Source of the DNA: Coniocarpon cinnabarinum
Taxonomy: Eukaryota
Assembly: GCA_051942205.1 (NCBI GenBank)
Contig: JAVECO010000203.1
Span: 1 to 38,536 of the forward strand
DNA length: 38,536 bases
Direction: 5' to 3'
Shown here in pieces: positions 33,801-38,536 of the stretch (the first letter of the stretch is position 1; each line of letters opens with the position of its first letter). The position numbers and the translations under genes were made by a program. Below the pieces are notes generated by a model that did not search any database, was not told the origin of the DNA, and saw only the letters and a list, made by a program, of their open reading frames with translations.

Positions 33801-36800
33801 AGACTATATAGATAATTAGTCCTACTAATAAAGTGTTCTATGCTACTAATCCTCTATTGCTATTTTACTCTTATAGGTAGCGTAATAGTAGAACAAATAT
33901 TCTTTAAAAGAGAATAGTAGTCTCTATTAGCGTACTATATTAGTATATAGATACTAAAGCTGAATATAAAAGTAATAATATCTCTTTTACTAATGCTACT
34001 ATAACTAGAAGTAGAGCAGTCTATAAGTTGTAACTAATAGTAATTAAGCGTCTACCTATAACTAATATACGTTTAAAAGGGTAGGAGAAAATATATATAC
34101 TAGCCTTAATTTTAGCCTTATTCTAAGCGCTAGGTATATAAAGATATTTCTATGCTAATCGTCTTTTGCTAGAGAATTGGCGCTTGTAACGTGTTGTATA
34201 AAAGCGCTTAATATTTCTTCCTACCTAGGGCGCCCTAGCACGTATATATATGCTCGATTTTCTACCTATCCTTTGCTAATAGCAAGCAATAGTTTACACA
34301 ACTGCCACCTAATTGCCAACTGGCAAGACCTTATTAGGTAGTAACGAGGGAGCATGCACAACACAAAGCCTTTAGGTATAATTAACGTTATCCTAACACG
34401 TTTGCGTCTCCTCTACTAGTATTAAAGATTTATAACTTAGCTGCTTTAAAGCTATAGTGTATAACTATTCTAATGTTATGTAGTACTAATACTAGCGTCT
34501 TAGTGCCTTATACTTTTTACGCTTATAAGAATACTATTGCCTCTTATAACGCTTATACTAACTTCTGCTTTAGTACTTAATATAATACTTACTAGTATAA
34601 GTTCCCTCTATCTACCTATTATCTGCCTATTAGAAGTTTTATAATTAAAAATTATTAGGTCTATAAATTAGAAGTTGCTAAAGCATAGAATAATATTATA
34701 TATTTATAAAAATAGTAGAAACAAAAGACTAATCCTAAGGTAAAGGTAAAGAGATCTAATAATTATATAACTTATATATCTTTCTTAATAATAATATATA
34801 AATTATAAGCTATTCTATATTTTCTTGTCTTAGTGTCTCTAAAATTATAGTAAGACCTTTTCTAGTAGTATTAATAGCTAGACGTAGCCTTTGTAAGTTA
34901 GTAAAGATAGTGTTATTATAAGGTAGACGGTACCTATCCCTTAGGCTTAAATTATTTTTAAGTCCTTAGTATAGCGATATAATTGTATATCTAGTAAGGT
35001 CTTTCTAGTCGATAGTCCTTTATTAGAGCTATGTCTAGTATAAATTGTACTATCTAAGAAATAGAGTGCAAATAGGTACAAAGCTATTAAAAGTTAAGTT
35101 GCACACGTTATAGATTATGCCGCTTAGAGAAAATAGGGTCTCTAAAATAGTTTTAATAATTAAATGTGTTCTACTATAATAGGCGTAAAACAAGTATACG
35201 CGATATATAAGCATTATACAGTATTTCTTAGAATATATAAAGCTTAAAAGTACTTAATACTTATTTAAAAAGCTTATCTTACCCTAGTAAGTTTTAAATA
35301 TCTGCTAGGCGGCATATATTCTAGTAATAATAAAGCGGGTCGCATCCCTCTAGATCTTAACTAAAGGCGGAGGCCAAAGCTTAAATACTATAGACTTATT
35401 CTTACAATCTAATATAAGAAACAACGCTTCTAGGGGCTTAATAGTAATCTTAGTGTCTATATAGATTAACGTCTAATCCCTATTATAGCCTATTCTATTA
35501 AGATATTCGCATACTTTAGGATTAGCATAAGCTAAAAGCTCTTTATATATATCTTATTTACCTTTATACTTAGATAATATCTATTTATTTATTAATTATA
35601 GCTTTATGCTTAATCTATAGCTATAGTTCTTATAGGTGTTAGTAATTATTAAAGTATTGCTTAGTAAGGTATCTTATTTCTATAAAGACTTAAATAATAG
35701 ATAGGTAGACATAAACACTATCTTCTTATATATTATAATATCTTATATTAATATAGTTTTCTTACCTTAGAAAGATAGTCTATTTCTAGTTATAGTTTAA
35801 AAATTTAAAGAGATCTAGAATCTCTAGGTTGTAGTCTTATAGTAATAGCAAATACTAGACTATAATATTTTTAAGGGCTATCTAAAGTCCTATTATAGTA
35901 AGGAGCATTCTAGAATAATCTTTAAGAGATTCGTAGTATTATTATATAGCTATTTTATTATATTAGTAAATTACTTCTATAAGAGTCTAGAATATAAGAA
36001 CTATAATAACTAGTAGTAACCTCTTATAAGTACTCGCATACCTAAAGCTCTATATCTAAAAGTAGTATATAACACTAATAAGTGTTTAAGACGTTTCTAT
36101 GTAGGTTAGTAGTAGGGAAGTAGTCTAACTTATTAGAGATTTGTATAACTTTGTTATAGATAAGCAATATCTTTAGGAAAGTAGTTCTAACTAAGGTACG
36201 CTATTTAAGAGAGTAACAATCTAATAGATAGTAACAGTAAAACTAGGTAAAGAACGTCGCACAAATTTCTAAGTTAGTAGCGTCTAGCGTAAATTAGGCA
36301 ACCTGCTAATACTATTACTACTACCACTATTAATACTACTATTAAAACTACTACGAACACCACCTTAAGAGACTAGTATAATTAGTTGTAGTCTTTATTT
36401 ATCTATATAACTGCTATTAGTAGAATTTACTTAGTATATACATTTTATAAGGCGCTTAAGAAGTAGAAAGACTTAGTTACTCTACTAATAATAGGATACT
36501 TATCGCTTAGGTATAAGCATTATAAATAATTTTATTACTTAAAATACTTCCTACGCATATAATATTATTAAGTTAGATAAATCTAAGTTTTATTATTATC
36601 GATTTATACTACTTACCTATAAATCTATTATCTAAAGCAGATCAAATAATTGTTCGCTTACTAAAGAAAATAAACTAGTAGCACGACTCTTCTTAGAAGA
36701 CACTATCTAACCTTTATAAACTTATCTTAAGTTATATAGGTATAGACTAATTTATTTGTCTATAAGCCGCAAGAATAAGATCTAGATTATATTTATTACT

Positions 36801-37634
36801 TAAACGATATACTACTAAAAGTCTTTAGCCTCTAGGAGAGGTACCTATTATTCTTTACCTTTAGCTTGTCTTAAAAGCTAAAGGGAGAGTAAATAAGTAG
36901 ACTTATGTTTAGAATAGAGCTTTAGAAAGGGTATACAACCTTTACTACTATTATAGGTTTTATTTGTTATAACAGTATTATCGCCTAAGATTTAACAAAA
37001 ACTAGTCCTTTTAAGAATAGTTTATAAGAGCGGATAATAATAAACGTTATAACTAAAGACTAGCTTCTCCTTTTAGTGAATATTATAAGATTATAAACTA
37101 TTTTAATATAATAGATAGGGTTTAATAGAAAGATCTAAACTACTTAGTTAGAGCATATCTTTAGAAATAAGATATATAGATTATAAATAGAAATATTAAT
37201 AAATATATGTATCTACTAATAAGAAGTTATTAGAGCGCTATACTGTTTAGCTAAAGCTAAAAGTTAGAGGAATATATTTTAGTAATTAGATAACCTGTAT
37301 TTTAGCGAAGAGAAAGGGTTCTAATAACTATAAAAACTTAATAACTTTATTACTATTTTTTAATCTTCTTAAAGCCTAGGTGCCCTTAACTTTAATCTAG
37401 TTTATAAAACTCTAATTTAAGAAGATGTACCGCTAGACTATCTACTACTATTTAAAATATAGTTATAACTATAAAACAACCCTTAATAAATATAAAGACG
37501 CACTTAAATCTAGTAACTTTTGCCTTAAAGATTAGTAAGAGCTTCCCTTAGATCTAGCAGGAGAGAAAGATAATTACTACCCTAAGCATATTTTAGACAT
37601 AGTATTAAGTAGTAAATAAGCAAGTCTTTACTAG

Positions 37635-37820
37635 TATAAGGATCGCGACCTAGAAGCTCTTATTACTACCTAAGGACGGCCTAACTATAAAGGACGTTAT
37701 ATAGAAAAGAAGGAAGCTTCTCTATAACGAGTCTATCTTAAATAATTGTGTGCTAAGTCCTTAGGGTTATATACCCTATCGTATTATATAATCCCCTATA
37801 TCTAGATCTAAATTCTTATA
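37635..37820 (-). repeat. Gypsy 3' LTR (~186 bp, RIPed)
   Basis: Starts right after the PPT. Termini TATAAGGAT...ATTCTTATA are RIPed TGTAAG...CTTACA inverted ends. Unrelated to the LTRs at 517 and 1528. Confidence 0.7.
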
Positions 37821-38536
37821 TTACTCCCCCCTTCTATGTACTAAGCTCCTACTTAGATATATTTATATTTAGCTATTATATCTTATTTACTGCTACTAGT
37901 AGTATAGTTAGTTAACTAACCTATTAGGTACATATATTTAATAGTATTAAGGGCCCTTAGTTTAAGTCCTATATAGGCGGTTAATTTACTAAGAGAGTAG
38001 GGTTATCGCTTATTAGGTTTAATAGCTAATAGGTTAATGCTCTAGTTAACTATATACTTAGTCCTCTATTGTCCCCTATTAGGGTTAATAATATTAAAGT
38101 CTTATATATAGTTAACTATAGAGAGCCGCCTCTTAGTATAAAGTAGCAAAACTATTACTAGTTAAATATCTAATTTCTTTTTATAGTACTTAGAAAGGGC
38201 GTTTAATTGCCTAAATAGATTTGCTAGGCCTAGGGTATAAGGGGTAGGCTTTATAATAAGTATCCTTTACTTCTTTAGTATTGTTAACGTTCTTCTAAGG
38301 TTTCTATATAGGTTCTTAATAACCTGCCTATTTAATTAGGTATTAGAGCTTATAGTATTAATACTTTAAGTCTAGGATATTTTTAACTTTATATAAGAGT
38401 AAGCTTTCTTTCTAGACTTTTAGGGGTAGTAGCTATTGCTATAGCTATTTAGGGTAGGCGTCTAGAAAATATAGATATAGCAAAGAGACATAGAATCTAT
38501 TATTAATCTTTATATCTTAAGGAAGCTTAAGCTAGG
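37635..38536 (-). mobile_element. 3' end of a RIPed chromodomain-bearing Ty3/Gypsy retrotransposon, continuing beyond the right edge
   Basis: Minus strand: LKLP*DIKINNRFYVSLL (integrase C-terminal ..LP....H.FHVSLL) and YKVKNILDLK...L*YLIK*AGY*EPI*KP*KNV (chromodomain). PPT GAAGGGGGGAGTAA at 37821-37834 abuts the LTR. Confidence 0.85.

Larger units (their letters stand above)
28150..38536. other. Large RIP-affected AT-rich region with relics of genes and TEs, and a lighter-RIP island at ~29750-30600
   Basis: Strong TpA excess and CpA/TpG depletion. The ORF track is empty beyond 30591. Confidence 0.92.

Noticed and set aside
1..38536. Gypsy pieces at both window ends as one element
   Set aside because: Their LTRs differ in length and sequence, and their order does not enclose the window.
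1..38536. Starship captain (DUF3435), DUF3723, patatin or NLR genes
   Set aside because: No supporting motifs were recognised by eye, though relics in the RIP block cannot be excluded.

Overview
Fungal (ascomycete) accessory-type genomic DNA with a strong RIP (repeat-induced point mutation) gradient. Left end (1-2340): AT-rich RIP block with the 5' end of a Ty3/Gypsy element (gag relic plus LTR) and an inverted related solo LTR. Next is a C6-TF relic, then a full-length but disrupted, non-RIPed Ty1/Copia element (4971-10355, minus, CCTTA target-site duplication). It is followed by an intact 4-exon laccase (603 aa) and an inverted solo LTR of the same Copia family that lacks a TSD. From 14.2 to 31 kb lies a run of mostly decayed genes: ferric reductase, MADS/SRF-like protein, ClpB-like AAA ATPase, DUF7924-like and DUF7587-like proteins, a spliced Zn2Cys6 TF and a Myb/SANT relic. 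This gene set resembles the cargo of a decaying Starship giant transposon, although no captain recombinase or terminus is visible. The last ~10 kb is heavily RIPed and ends in the chromodomain, PPT and 3' LTR of a second Gypsy element. All family calls are by eye from motifs; no searches were run.
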